DNA of 64,000 bases from Planctomycetota bacterium (GCA_965248445.1 CBDFJG010000004.1:64001-128000); one strand, 5' to 3'; counted from the first letter of the stretch, positions 26,884-37,245 are shown. A program made the numbers and translations. The notes: a model not told the origin generated them from the sequence alone.

Positions 26884-28104
26884 TCAGCTCACCGGCGGGG
26901 TTTCCGCGAAGTCGAGCGCCATGACGGCCGCCCTGCGCCGTTTCGAGAGCGCGCTCGCGTAGACCTGGGTCGTCGCGAGCTCGGCGTGGCCGAGCTGCTG
27001 CTGGAGGTCGGTGACCGCGCCGCCGTTCTGGAGGAAGTGGGTCGCGAAACTGTGGCGCAGCGAGTGGGGCGTCAGCCCCTTGCGGCCACCCAGCCCGGCG
27101 GCCTTCAGCGCCAGTTCCCACGACCGGCGGATCTCAACGAAGGGCGTCCCGCGGGTCGAGAGGAACACATGGTCGTCCGGCGAGACGTTCGGTCGCTCGT
27201 CCCGCAGTCGCTCCAGTTCCCCGGCCACCGCGCCGTGCAGGTCGAGCAGGTCGGCGGTCCCGGTCTTCGGCCGGTAGAGCGAGATCTTCGCGTCGGTGAA
27301 GTCGATGTCCGACCAGCGAAGTGCCGTGAGCTCACCCTTGCGCGCACCCGTGTAGATGGCGGTCAGGAGGAAGGGCCGGAAGTGCTCGGGGCAGTTGGTG
27401 ATGAGCGCGCCGAGTTCCTTCTTCGTCAGGTAGCGCCGCGGACGGCGCGTCTCGCGCAGCTTCTTGATGCCGGCGAGCGGGTTGGCGTCGAGGTGCCCGT
27501 CGAGCACGGCCTCGTTCAGGATGCGGATGACGCTCTGCTGGTCGGCGTTCAGCGTCCGTGGGCTGACGGTCGTCTTCTTCCCGTAGGACGAGTTCCGGGT
27601 CGTCGCGCGCCAGGCCCGGTAGTCCAGCCAGCGGGCAGGCGTGATCTCATCCAGCCGCACGGCCCGCTGGCCGTCACGCTCCCCGAAGTACTCGGTCCAA
27701 GCCCGAAGTGCCGCGCGGTAGACACCCATGGTCCCCTTGGCCAGGACCGGCTCGAAGCGGCGCTCGATCACGTCCTTGGCGTAGCCGACCAGCGTGGGGA
27801 CGTCGCGTGGGGCGCTCTCGACGCTGGCCTGGACGGCGCGCTCCTGCGCCTCCGAGAGGGTAGGCGGGACCTCGTAGGCCTCGGCGAGGATGCGCTTCTC
27901 CACCTCGTCGAGGAAGTCCTTGGCCTCCTTCTCCGTGTCGAAGGCCCGGGTCAGCCAGCGCCGCTCAGTCCGGCAGAACCACTTGGCCGACCAGGTCCGG
28001 CGGCCCGACCCCCACTTGCGCGAGTAGATGCTGCCGAAGCGGCGCTTGCGCTTGCCGCGCCGGCGGTTCGCCGGGGGCTCCTTCGTTCTCGTTTCTGCTT
28101 CCAC
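26884..28104 (-). CDS. tyrosine recombinase / integrase
   Basis: N-terminal arm-binding GSIY...W; TGARKGEL, PKTG, HSLRHSFAT, LGH, TTQVY. Confidence 0.95.
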   Translation of the reverse strand: MEAETRTKEPPANRRRGKRKRRFGSIYSRKWGSGRRTWSAKWFCRTERRWLTRAFDTEKEAKDFLDEVEKRILAEAYEVPPTLSEAQERAVQASVESAPRDVPTLVGYAKDVIERRFEPVLAKGTMGVYRAALRAWTEYFGERDGQRAVRLDEITPARWLDYRAWRATTRNSSYGKKTTVSPRTLNADQQSVIRILNEAVLDGHLDANPLAGIKKLRETRRPRRYLTKKELGALITNCPEHFRPFLLTAIYTGARKGELTALRWSDIDFTDAKISLYRPKTGTADLLDLHGAVAGELERLRDERPNVSPDDHVFLSTRGTPFVEIRRSWELALKAAGLGGRKGLTPHSLRHSFATHFLQNGGAVTDLQQQLGHAELATTQVYASALSKRRRAAVMALDFAETPPVS

Positions 28105-28201
28105 GTCGTGCTCTCCGGGGCTCGTGCCCCGCAGCAGGCGGAGCACGTGTGGTCCCGATGCACGCTCTTGCGTCCCTGAACATCCAGTACCTTCGACCGG
28201 C

Positions 28202-28471
28202 CTACGCACGGGTATCTCCGAGCAGTCGCGTGACCCGTCCGGGGAGGCCTGCCTTCCGGGTCCTGCGGTCGAGGAATGTGCGGACGTCGTCCGGGCGGAA
28301 GCGCAGGACACGAGGCGCGACGTCGATCGCGGGGAGGGCCGCCTTCTTCGCCAAGCGGTAGACTGTCGTCGTGTCTACAGAGAGGTAGGCGGCCACCGTG
28401 GCGGCATCGACGAGCGGCTCGCCGAACGGCGAGACGGGCGTCGCAGCAGGCAGGCGCATCCGGTCCGTCAC
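28202..28471 (-). CDS. excisionase-like HTH (HTH_17)
   Basis: LVDAATVAAYLSVDTTTVYRLAK...LRFRPDDV. Confidence 0.85.
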   Translation of the reverse strand: MTDRMRLPAATPVSPFGEPLVDAATVAAYLSVDTTTVYRLAKKAALPAIDVAPRVLRFRPDDVRTFLDRRTRKAGLPGRVTRLLGDTRA

Positions 28472-31173
28472 ATCGTCCCCGCGAGGCTTGGGAAGAGATC
28501 GTCGAGGCCGTCGCCAAACCCGCGCGTGACGGCGGGCGCTTCGTCAGTGGGCGCGGACTGCCCGGCATCGTCGGCAACGAGCCGGTACTGTGCCGCCTTG
28601 GTGTTCGAGTTGCGGCCGGCCACGATCCGGTGCTCTCCGAAGTGACGATCGCGCGCGGCTGAGAGCGCGCGGCCCAGCCGGATGAGCTGCGAGCGCTCGG
28701 ACTTGTCTCCGATCACCTGGCCGAGGAGATCCTGCTCTGTGGTGATCTGCAGCAGATCGCGCGAAGCGACCCACGCGCCGCCGTGCTGCTCCCACCACGC
28801 GGTGACGAGCTGCCGCCACTCTTGTCCTTCGGTGTCGGCGTGCTCGTAGAGGTCCTCGGCGTCGCCGAGGAACCCCTCGATCCCGGCATGGGCGAGCACA
28901 CCCCCGACGACCTCGGCCCAGCTCTCGAAGGAGCCGAGCGTCGCGCCGCACGCCGGACGCTCCGCGGCGATCCACGACTGCACGAGCACGAGGACCGCGT
29001 GGACGAGCGTCGCGCGGTTCTGACGCGCCCAATCCCTGAGGGGCGCGTGCTTGAAGCCCGTGCGCTCCCACGGGCGGTCGCGCTTTGCATCGAGCCGCAC
29101 GCGCACGCAGCGCCGCGCGATCTCCAGGGAGAGCCGCGGGTTGTTCGCGGTGACGAGCCACGTGGCTCGGTTCGGGAGGTCGATCATCTTCGTCTGGCCG
29201 AGCATCCGGTCGGACCAGGTCTCGGCCGTGAGCGCCGCCGCGAGCTGCGCCGAGTCGAGCCCGTGGCGGATGTTGTCGATGAGGATCAGCGGCTGCGCCC
29301 GGGCGAGGATCGAGGTGATCTTCTTGCGCGCCTCGTCCTCGTCCCGCGTGATCGTCGTCGGGTCGCACGGGCGGCCCAGTGCGACGATCGCGACGATGTC
29401 GGCGAGGAGGCCCTTGCCGCTCCCGGGTGTCGGGGCCTCGATGAGGTGGATCGGCGTGCAGCCACTGACCATCCGCCGGACGAACGGCAAGATGAGCGTC
29501 GCCACCGCGTGCGCGCGGTCCGAGGCCGCCGCGAACGGGAAGTCGACGAAGAGCTCGTCGAGGATGAGTTCGCGGGCAGCGCGCACGTCGTTGTCGGCCG
29601 GCTGCTTGGGCACCTCCGCGACATCGAGGTCCGGCGCACGGTGGAGCCAGAGCCGCGCTTCCCTGTGGTAGCCGGGCGTGGAGACGAGGCGCCCCTCCGA
29701 GTCGAAGACCGGCGTCGCGACGATTGCTTCGAGGGGCGGGAGATCTTCGGCGGGATTGACGAGCATGTCGCGCGCGACGTCCTTGGGTGGCGGGGTGTCG
29801 AGGACTGCGTCCTGCGTGACGCGGACCCAGTTGGCGACGCGGAACAGGTGCCCGAACATCGCCGCCTCCTCGACGGTCTCGATGCGCAGCCCCGCCTCGG
29901 CCGTGCCGAGCCGTACCACGATGCCCGAGCGGACGAAGAGCGCGGGGCGCTTGTTCGTCGCGTGGACGACCCGCCAGGCGTCGGCGAGGACGTCGCGGAG
30001 TTGGCGGTTGTTCACGCGGATGCGGGGCCGGGAGGCGTTGCGTGGAGCGGGAGGCGGCTTCGGCAACGCGACGCCCGAGTATCGGGCGACGAGCGCCATC
30101 GCCCCGCGGAAGTCGGTCGCCGTCCCGTGCTCGACCAGGAAGTCGAAAACCGAGCTCGTCTTCCCTGAGATGAACGAGTGGAACACGCCACGCTCGGCAT
30201 CCCCCGTGCCGTCCGCGACGCCTGCCGAGGGGTTCGTATCGCCGGAGGGGGACGAGGGATCCCGGCACTCCATCCACGCGGGACCCGACGACCTGCCCGT
30301 GAGCCAGGCGCTGTAGACGGACTCCAGGGGAAGCGCGTCGAGCGCTTGGCGCCGCCAGCCCGCCCACGTTGCGCCGTGTTCGGACGATGTGTTCGCATCG
30401 ACGCCCGGGGCCACCGCGGCCTCCAGCGCGGCGACGTCGGCCAACACGCGCGCGACGTCGGCCGTGTCCGCGACGTCGAGGTCCTCGGGCGTGAAGGGGG
30501 CGAGGTGGCCGGCGTCTCCCGGGCGGTAGAAGAGGTTGGCGCCCTCGGGAGCCCCGTCCCACCACGGGAGCCACACGAGGTTCCCGTAGCCGTTCTTCCT
30601 GATCTTGGCCTGCTTTGGGAACACCTCGATCCCGCGTGCGGATCGCGGGTCCGCCACACCGCCGTTGGCGAGAGGGGCGTCCGTCGGTGCGAGCGCGCGC
30701 CCCAGGGCCTGCGCCTTCGCGGCCGGGATCGGTGGGTCGAAGAAGCACCACAGGTGCCAGCCGTTCCCGCCGCCCGATCGCTCGAGGTACGCCGGGAGGC
30801 CCGCTGCAGCGAACCGGTCGTAGGCCGTGCGCGCGACGGCCGCCGGATCCGCCAGCGCCTCGGCGTGGCCGGCGCCGTCGAAGTCGAGGCAGAGCCAGCG
30901 GGTGCTGTTGTCCGGCGCGGGGCAGTAGCTTCCGATGCGGAAACGGCCGGACATCGCGCCGGCGCCGCGGCTGCTGCGGAAGCGGACCTTGGCGATGGGC
31001 GCGGCGTCACCGAGCAGGTGTCCGCGCAACAGCCCGTCCAGCGTGCCGTTGGCATCCACCGGACGAGGCGTGCCGCGGTCGGTCCGGACGGCCACGCAGT
31101 CCGTGCGGTTGAGAAACCGTCGCTGGAAGAGGTCGATCGCAGCGTCAGCGGCGGGGCGAGCGCACGTCGTCAT
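28468..31173 (-). CDS. AEP-superfamily (TOTE-like) primase fused to a P-loop helicase-like domain
   Basis: LCLDFD, LERSGGGNGWHLW, IEVFPKQ and GNLVWLP primase motifs; PGSGKG, LIDNI, TANN in the C-terminal part. Confidence 0.85.
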   Translation of the reverse strand: MTTCARPAADAAIDLFQRRFLNRTDCVAVRTDRGTPRPVDANGTLDGLLRGHLLGDAAPIAKVRFRSSRGAGAMSGRFRIGSYCPAPDNSTRWLCLDFDGAGHAEALADPAAVARTAYDRFAAAGLPAYLERSGGGNGWHLWCFFDPPIPAAKAQALGRALAPTDAPLANGGVADPRSARGIEVFPKQAKIRKNGYGNLVWLPWWDGAPEGANLFYRPGDAGHLAPFTPEDLDVADTADVARVLADVAALEAAVAPGVDANTSSEHGATWAGWRRQALDALPLESVYSAWLTGRSSGPAWMECRDPSSPSGDTNPSAGVADGTGDAERGVFHSFISGKTSSVFDFLVEHGTATDFRGAMALVARYSGVALPKPPPAPRNASRPRIRVNNRQLRDVLADAWRVVHATNKRPALFVRSGIVVRLGTAEAGLRIETVEEAAMFGHLFRVANWVRVTQDAVLDTPPPKDVARDMLVNPAEDLPPLEAIVATPVFDSEGRLVSTPGYHREARLWLHRAPDLDVAEVPKQPADNDVRAARELILDELFVDFPFAAASDRAHAVATLILPFVRRMVSGCTPIHLIEAPTPGSGKGLLADIVAIVALGRPCDPTTITRDEDEARKKITSILARAQPLILIDNIRHGLDSAQLAAALTAETWSDRMLGQTKMIDLPNRATWLVTANNPRLSLEIARRCVRVRLDAKRDRPWERTGFKHAPLRDWARQNRATLVHAVLVLVQSWIAAERPACGATLGSFESWAEVVGGVLAHAGIEGFLGDAEDLYEHADTEGQEWRQLVTAWWEQHGGAWVASRDLLQITTEQDLLGQVIGDKSERSQLIRLGRALSAARDRHFGEHRIVAGRNSNTKAAQYRLVADDAGQSAPTDEAPAVTRGFGDGLDDLFPSLAGTM

Positions 31174-33386
31174 CCACGGCCCCCGGAGGAGTCCGCAGGG
31201 AAGTCCAGGACGGAGAGGAACGTCTTGCGCTTCTCGACCTGCTCCTTCTCAGCGCAGTTGCGCATGCCCCACGAGTCACCGACCAGGATCGCGACATCGC
31301 GTGCTCGCGTGACGCCGGTGTAGAGGAGGTTGCGGTGGTGCATGAAGGAGTGCGCCTTGTGAACGATGATCACGGCGCACGGATACTCGCTCCCCTGGCT
31401 CTTGTGGATCGTCAGCGCGTAGGCGAGCGCGAGGTCGCGCGTTCCCTCGTTCTCGGGCGTGTAGGCGACGTCCGCGTGGTCGAAGCGCACGGTGAGCTCG
31501 CCGCGGCGCGGACCGATTTCGGTCACGATCCCAATCGCGCCGTTCATCACGCCGAGGTCGTAGCTGTTCCGCGTCTGGATGACGCGGTCGCGGAGCAGGA
31601 GTCTGGGCCTGCGTCCCGGCGCCGGTGGCGGGACCGTGACGCCGTGGAGCTTGCGCTGCACGAGGCGTTGCAGGAGCACGTTCAGTGCCTCTGTCCCGAG
31701 CGGGCCCTTGCGAGTCGGGGTCAGGAGTTGCACGTCGGCGAGAACGTCGAAGCGAAGCCGCTCGACGAGGGCGGACTCGAAGAGCTCCAGAACGCAGTGC
31801 TGGACGTCGAGGATGTTGGACCGGTGGTTCAGCGCGACCCAGGGCGGGCGTCCGTCCGGCCCGTCAGGAGCTGTTGCGCGTACGTCGCCCGCGAGGATCG
31901 CGAGCGAGTTCTCCTTGAGCACGCCCGCTTGGCGGACGACTTGGTCGAGGACGACGGTCGGACACGGCCGTCGCTCGATCAGATCGCGCAGCAGGTTCCC
32001 CGGACCGACGGGCGGGAGTTGGTTGTGATCGCCGACCAGGACGACGCACGTGCGACGGAGATCGATCGCCTGGAAGAGCCGCCATGCGAGCGGCACGTCT
32101 ACCATGGATACCTCGTCCACGATGACGACGTCGGCTTCGATCGGATCGTCGGGCCCGGCTGAGTACGCGTGCCCGTTGAACCCCAGCAACCGGTGGATCG
32201 TCATGGCCTCGCGGCCAACGACCTGCTCGATCCGCTTGGCCGCCTTCCCGGTCGGCGCGGCGAGCACCACGTCCAGCCCGGCGGTCTCGTACATCCGCGT
32301 GATCGCGGCGATGGTGTACGTCTTCCCCGCACCGGCCCCGCCGCAGATGAGGACCACGTTCTCGCGGGCAGTGGCTTCGAGCGCGCGCCGCTGGCACTCG
32401 TTCAGGTCAGACCCCGCGGCATCGAACAGTTCGTCGGGCTCGTCCGCGGCGAAGTGTGGGTTCCCGCAGCCGCGCGCGGTGAAGACCTCGGCGAGGTCGC
32501 ACTCCATCCGGTGCATCGCTGGCTGCGCGACCAGAAACCTCCCGCCGACCGAGACGCACGCCAGCGCGCCCTCCGCGATCAGCGAGTCGAGCGCCCCCTC
32601 GATGCGATCGCGGCTGTCCGCGACGTCGAGGACAAGGAGGAGGTTCGCGAGGTCGACCAGGTGCTCGTACTCGATCCAGCAGTCGCCTCGATCGAGCCGC
32701 TCGGCGACGCAGTGGACTACGCCCGCGCGCAGACGCGAAGGGTGCTCCTTCGGCGTCCCCATCTTGCGCGCCACGAGATCGACTCTCTTGAAACCGAAGC
32801 CGGGGACCTCGCGGACGAGCAGGTAGGGATCGGTCTTCAGCACCGTGACCACGGCGTTCCCGAACTTCTCGATGAGCGTCGTCATCTGGTGGTGCGTGAG
32901 CTGGAACGAGGCGAGCCAGGTCATCGCGGCGTTCAGCGTGCGCGTGCCGAGCCACTCCTCACGCAGCGCCATCGCGGCTGCGAGCGGCACCTTGGCGACT
33001 GCCGCGACGCGCTCGGGCTCCTCGTCGATCACGCGGTCGAAGTCATCACCGAACGTCTCCGCGATGCGGCGCGCCTTGACGGGGCCGATACCGCGGATGC
33101 CCTTGTGGCTGGCGAGGAAGTGAGCGAGACCCTCGGCCGTCAGCCGCTGGTCGAACGTGAAGCGCGCGACCTTGAGCTGACGCCCGTACTTCGCGTGCCG
33201 CTCGAAGGTCCCGTGAAGAACCACGGCGTCGTGCTGCTGGACCATCAGCGCACCAGCGAAGGAGACGGTCTTGCCGTCGTCCGTGCGCAGACGACCGGCG
33301 CTGAAGCGCGGGCTCGCGTAGAAGACGGTTTCCACGCGGCCGCACACCGCGACGGTCTCTGCCTCCATGGCGCGCGTTCTGGTCAT
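31170..33386 (-). CDS. recD2: RecD2-like SF1B helicase
   Basis: GIGPVKA HhH, GGAGAGKT, APTGKAA, DEVSM, GDHNQL, YALTIHKSQGSE, YTGVTRA. Confidence 0.93.
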   Translation of the reverse strand: MTRTRAMEAETVAVCGRVETVFYASPRFSAGRLRTDDGKTVSFAGALMVQQHDAVVLHGTFERHAKYGRQLKVARFTFDQRLTAEGLAHFLASHKGIRGIGPVKARRIAETFGDDFDRVIDEEPERVAAVAKVPLAAAMALREEWLGTRTLNAAMTWLASFQLTHHQMTTLIEKFGNAVVTVLKTDPYLLVREVPGFGFKRVDLVARKMGTPKEHPSRLRAGVVHCVAERLDRGDCWIEYEHLVDLANLLLVLDVADSRDRIEGALDSLIAEGALACVSVGGRFLVAQPAMHRMECDLAEVFTARGCGNPHFAADEPDELFDAAGSDLNECQRRALEATARENVVLICGGAGAGKTYTIAAITRMYETAGLDVVLAAPTGKAAKRIEQVVGREAMTIHRLLGFNGHAYSAGPDDPIEADVVIVDEVSMVDVPLAWRLFQAIDLRRTCVVLVGDHNQLPPVGPGNLLRDLIERRPCPTVVLDQVVRQAGVLKENSLAILAGDVRATAPDGPDGRPPWVALNHRSNILDVQHCVLELFESALVERLRFDVLADVQLLTPTRKGPLGTEALNVLLQRLVQRKLHGVTVPPPAPGRRPRLLLRDRVIQTRNSYDLGVMNGAIGIVTEIGPRRGELTVRFDHADVAYTPENEGTRDLALAYALTIHKSQGSEYPCAVIIVHKAHSFMHHRNLLYTGVTRARDVAILVGDSWGMRNCAEKEQVEKRKTFLSVLDFPADSSGGRG

Positions 33387-33817
33387 CCATCGACCTTCCT
33401 GTGGTAGCGGAGCAGGAGCCCCTGGACGAAGCGGCAGGCCAGCTGCCGATCGCTGCAGAAGAAGACCGGCACGCGAAAGTCCACGACCATCGAGAGCGTC
33501 GCGCCGAAGACCGATTGCGGGTGCGCGCCCGATCGGTAGCGGTGGGCGAGGACGTCCTCCAGCGTCGCCTCGACGACCACGCAGCCGAGGTCGTAGGTCG
33601 CAAGGAGCCGCAGCTCCCGCGCGAAGCGTTCCCGGTTGCGCACGGCCGTCGTGACGAAGTCGTCGAGTGACTTGCGTTCGACCGCCACGACTGTCTCGTG
33701 TCCGACGAGCGAGTAGTCGCCCGCGGGCAGCGCCCGCCTCACGGGCGCCACCCGTGCGGGATCAAAGCCGTAGGGCTCCTGCTCCCGCGTGTCGATGACG
33801 ACGGCGATGCGCGTCAT
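33383..33817 (-). CDS. ERCC4/XPF-domain nuclease
   Basis: IDTREQ, GDYS and VERKSLDD motifs. Confidence 0.92.
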   Translation of the reverse strand: MTRIAVVIDTREQEPYGFDPARVAPVRRALPAGDYSLVGHETVVAVERKSLDDFVTTAVRNRERFARELRLLATYDLGCVVVEATLEDVLAHRYRSGAHPQSVFGATLSMVVDFRVPVFFCSDRQLACRFVQGLLLRYHRKVDG

Positions 33818-33818
33818 C

Positions 33819-34316
33819 CTAGAAGGGGATCAGCTCGTCGCCGAGGGCGGCGCCCGGGCCCGAGGTCGTGTCCCCGACGCCTTCATCCACCACGATCCGG
33901 CGGTTGAAGTAGACGTTCTCGTTCTCACCGCGCGTGCGCTTGGTGATCTCGAGCTTCACGTCGAGCAGTTCCTCCAGACGGCCCGGCAGGTCCGAGACCT
34001 TCGCGAGGTCGAGACCGCAGGTGTGGAGGTCGTTCTTCAGCCACTTCATGTTCTCGCGCGTGGCCATCACGTTGTTGCGCCAGAGCAGGCGGCCGCGGCA
34101 CTGCGGCGCGATCACGCGCAGCGTCCACTTGAGCATGGGGTTGCCCGAGCTCTTGGCGCGGGTCAGCTCGACCTTCTCGACGTTGATCTGGTACTTGCCG
34201 TCGGGGATCGGCTCGAACTCGCGCTCCTCGATCGGCGCGCCGGCGAAGTCGTCGTCGAACTGCGAGAGATCGAAATCGTCTGCGCGGCCGGCGCGGTCGT
34301 TGTTGGACTCGTACAT
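33819..34316 (-). CDS. DUF669-family putative ssDNA-binding protein
   Basis: IPDGKYQ...SSGNPMLKW; acidic tail ending DELIPF. Confidence 0.85.
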   Translation of the reverse strand: MYESNNDRAGRADDFDLSQFDDDFAGAPIEEREFEPIPDGKYQINVEKVELTRAKSSGNPMLKWTLRVIAPQCRGRLLWRNNVMATRENMKWLKNDLHTCGLDLAKVSDLPGRLEELLDVKLEITKRTRGENENVYFNRRIVVDEGVGDTTSGPGAALGDELIPF

Positions 34317-34334
34317 GGGGCTTTCTCCTGGGGG

Positions 34335-35051
34335 TTACTTCGTGGCCTTGCTGGGACGCCCCGCCGTGAACGCGGCGAGGAACTTGGGGTAGTCGAGGTC
34401 GATCACCTCGGGCAGGCGACCCGTGCGGTCGCCGGCCTCGTACTGTGCGGAGGGCTTCGTGCGCATCACGCGGCGGACGACGGTCTTGCCGTCCTTGCCG
34501 ACGCTCGTCTCCAGGTCGCAGAACAGGATCATGTCGACCATGCCGAGCACGATCTGCCGCGCCTTCTCGGGCAGCGTCGGGACGATGCGCATCACCTTCC
34601 CGGTGCGCGTTTCGAACTCGCGCTCGACGGAGTGCGACACGAGGAAGAGCCCGTAGGGGAGCAGCGCGAGCTTGTTCAGCACGCGGTGGAACTCGTTGTT
34701 CACCAGCGCGTAGCCCTTGCCGTAGGCGAGGTCGCTCTGGTGGTCGACCTTGAACTTCGCGCAGATGTAGTCCGCGCACATGCGGTAGGCGTTGTCCACC
34801 GTGTCCAGCACGATGGTCTTGAAGGGGTGCTCGCCCTTGCCGATCTCCGCACACGCGGCGAGGAGCTCTTCCCAGGTCCCGACCGGGGACTGGAAGACCT
34901 CCAGGCTGTTGAGGCCCGCCTCGGTGGCGAGGAACAGTGCGTCGCCCGGCTGCGAGCACCACGTGGACTTGCCGATCTTCGTCGGTCCGTACACCAGCAC
35001 GGTCAGGTCGGCGAGCGCATCTCGCGGGGGCGTCTTGGCGGTTGGAAGCAT
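34335..35051 (-). CDS. AAA_24 / Sak4-like ATPase
   Basis: YGPTKIGKST, TIVLDTVD, YGKGY, AGDR. Confidence 0.85.
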   Translation of the reverse strand: MLPTAKTPPRDALADLTVLVYGPTKIGKSTWCSQPGDALFLATEAGLNSLEVFQSPVGTWEELLAACAEIGKGEHPFKTIVLDTVDNAYRMCADYICAKFKVDHQSDLAYGKGYALVNNEFHRVLNKLALLPYGLFLVSHSVEREFETRTGKVMRIVPTLPEKARQIVLGMVDMILFCDLETSVGKDGKTVVRRVMRTKPSAQYEAGDRTGRLPEVIDLDYPKFLAAFTAGRPSKATK

Positions 35052-35080
35052 GGGATCTCCTTCGTTTGATCAGTGGTTGT

Positions 35081-35203
35081 TCAGGACTGGCAGGCGTCGC
35101 CTTCGCACCCCGCCGGCTCGGGCAGCCGCTCGAGCACGGCGCCGCACGTCGTGCACAGGCGCACGGCGGGGCCGGCAGCGACGGTGACCGCGTGCTCGCA
35201 CAT
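35081..35203 (-). CDS. small Zn-ribbon protein
   Basis: MCEH...CTTCG; TGATG coupling to the upstream nuclease. Confidence 0.5.
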   Translation of the reverse strand: MCEHAVTVAAGPAVRLCTTCGAVLERLPEPAGCEGDACQS

Positions 35204-36216
35204 CAGAAGGGCACGGGCTCGGCGGTCTCCGCGTCGCGCAGTTCCTCGTGGGGCGCCACGCGCTGGTAGAGGTTCTCGATGACGTTCGGGCTCCCGCCCG
35301 AGCGGCAGAGCGGGAAGTACGCGCACGGGCGCCCCCAGCGGAAGCAGTACGAGGTGTTCTCGTAGAAGACGTTGCGCCTTCGCGCATCGAGGAACGCCTG
35401 GGTCAGCTCCCAGAGTTCGGCGCGCAGCGTCTCGAAGCGATCGCGCGAGATGTAGATCGGCTCGCGATGGAACATCCCGGGCTCGGCATGCTTGACGAGG
35501 AGGCGCGCCTGGAAGTCCTCGTCGCTCTCGGGCATTCGGCGCTTGGCCGAGCTCTTCCCGGTCTTCGACTTGGCGATCAGCGCGGCGCGGCGCTCCTCGT
35601 ACTCGATCTGCGTCTCGCCGGCGCGCTGCTTCAGCCGCGTCTTGACCAGCACGTTGTAGAGGACCCCTGCGATGCGGATCCCGAGCGCCTGCTCGACGTA
35701 GTGCGCGTAGAGCGTGATCTGGAAGTCGGTCCAGAGGCGTTCGAGGTAGCTGGCGTCGAGGACGCTGGCCGTCTTGTGCTCGAGCAGGAAGTGCTCGTCT
35801 CCGATGCGGACGATCCCATCGACCTTCCCGGAAAGGACGAAGCTCCGGCTCGCGGCGCCCGTTGCGGGGTTCACGATCCGGCCCTCGAACGTCTTCTCCA
35901 GCGCGACGACCTCGAAGTCCTCGGTCGGGTAGCGCGCCGCGTAGCCGCGCATCATGGCCGTGGCCAGGTGCCACGTACGGTGCTGGTCCTCATCGCGAGC
36001 TCGGTCCGCGCAGGCGCGGTCGATGTGGTCGAGCGCTGCGGACAGATCGCGCGTCCCGTGCCAGATCTCCAGGCACTCATGAATGAGCGAGCCGAAGCGG
36101 AGGTTGCGGTCGCGCTCCAGCGGGACGAGATCCAGCAGGTAGCGCCACTGCGCGGCCTTGCGGCAGTTCCGGAAGAGCGACCACATGGAGTAGGTCGTGA
36201 CTACGCGCGTGTTCAT
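35203..36216 (-). CDS. PD-(D/E)XK nuclease, AddB/Cas4-like with Cys cluster
   Basis: N-terminal C; FGSLIH, E, GKVDG, EHKT, QITLY; C-terminal C...C.....C. Confidence 0.9.
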   Translation of the reverse strand: MNTRVVTTYSMWSLFRNCRKAAQWRYLLDLVPLERDRNLRFGSLIHECLEIWHGTRDLSAALDHIDRACADRARDEDQHRTWHLATAMMRGYAARYPTEDFEVVALEKTFEGRIVNPATGAASRSFVLSGKVDGIVRIGDEHFLLEHKTASVLDASYLERLWTDFQITLYAHYVEQALGIRIAGVLYNVLVKTRLKQRAGETQIEYEERRAALIAKSKTGKSSAKRRMPESDEDFQARLLVKHAEPGMFHREPIYISRDRFETLRAELWELTQAFLDARRRNVFYENTSYCFRWGRPCAYFPLCRSGGSPNVIENLYQRVAPHEELRDAETAEPVPF

Positions 36217-36560
36217 CGGCCGTTCCTCGCGTGAAGGTCCATGTCGGGGCGTCCGATCCGCTCCTCCGAGGCGACGCGTTCGACCGTGAAGGCGTCCTCC
36301 CCGAACTCGCGGCCCAGGAACGTGGTGAAGACCTTGGCGATCGTCTCGCCGGCCGGCGTCGTGGCATCGACGACGCAGGCGCGCTTCGCTTCGTCGAGCA
36401 GGAACTCACCGTCCATCCGCACCTGGGAGTGGCCGTGAACTCCCTCCGCCGCGAAGACGGCGAGAAGCAGCGAGTCTTCGACCTCGTCGAGGTCGACCGT
36501 CGGCCGGAACGAGTAGCGGTAGAGCGTGCGGGGCAAGTGGATCTCCGTGGGGGCGTTCAT
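36213..36560 (-). CDS. conserved hypothetical protein
   Basis: ATGA-coupled to the nuclease; ...FLGREFGEDAFTVER. Confidence 0.75.
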   Translation of the reverse strand: MNAPTEIHLPRTLYRYSFRPTVDLDEVEDSLLLAVFAAEGVHGHSQVRMDGEFLLDEAKRACVVDATTPAGETIAKVFTTFLGREFGEDAFTVERVASEERIGRPDMDLHARNGR

Positions 36561-36569
36561 CTGGTCCCC

Positions 36570-37093
36570 CTACTGATCACCTACCGGAGCCGCCGCCGAC
36601 GTGGCGGTGGACTGCAGGTAGATCCGCAACCCGGCGCGCTCGAAGCGGCCTCGGATGCGAGCGATCCGATCCCTGACGGTGCGCCGGGGGACGCCGGTTG
36701 CGCGGGCGACCTCGGTCGGCGTCTGGCGGGAGAGATGTCCCGCGAGGTCGCGCAGGTCCTCCGGCAGATCCGACAAGGCCGTCGCGACGTCGAACTGCAG
36801 GTCACGGAGGTCTGCGTCGTCGCGGGGTGTCCGGCCGTCGCTGCGGCCGAGGCGCTGGTCGATCGTTGCCCAGACGGGTTCGGCGTGCCCCTCGTCGTCG
36901 CCGGTCTCTGCGTCGAGCGAGGCAACGCACCGCGCGGGAGGCGAGTCAGGAGGTCGAGGTAGAGCTCCTGTTCGATGTCCCCGCGGTCCGAGACGGTGAA
37001 CTCTGGCCGTCTGATGAGTTGTCGCGCCTTGTGGCGGACGAGTCGAACGGCGTGCTGGTCGAGGCCCTGCTGGGCGGTGGTGTTGTGTGCCAT
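36570..37093 (-). pseudogene. ECF-like sigma factor with internal deletion/frameshift at ~36930
   Basis: Region 2 start (DRGDIEQELYLDLLTRLPR) in one frame; region 4 (DVATALSDLP...EVARATGVPRRTV) in another. Confidence 0.8.
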
Positions 37094-37245
37094 CGCCCGC
37101 GACTTGCGACAAGTCGCTGGGCGTGGCGTTGGGAGCGTTCAGGAGGCGCGGAGAATCGACGTAAGACGCAGTGCTCCAATGGGTTGAAGCGAGTGGGTTT
37201 CTTCGGGAATCCGAGATTGCTCCAGCGACATGTCGCTGGGCGGCG

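Noticed and set aside
35203..36216. Cas4 implying a CRISPR-Cas locus
   Set aside because: No repeat-spacer array or other cas genes seen in the window; the context is a recombination operon.
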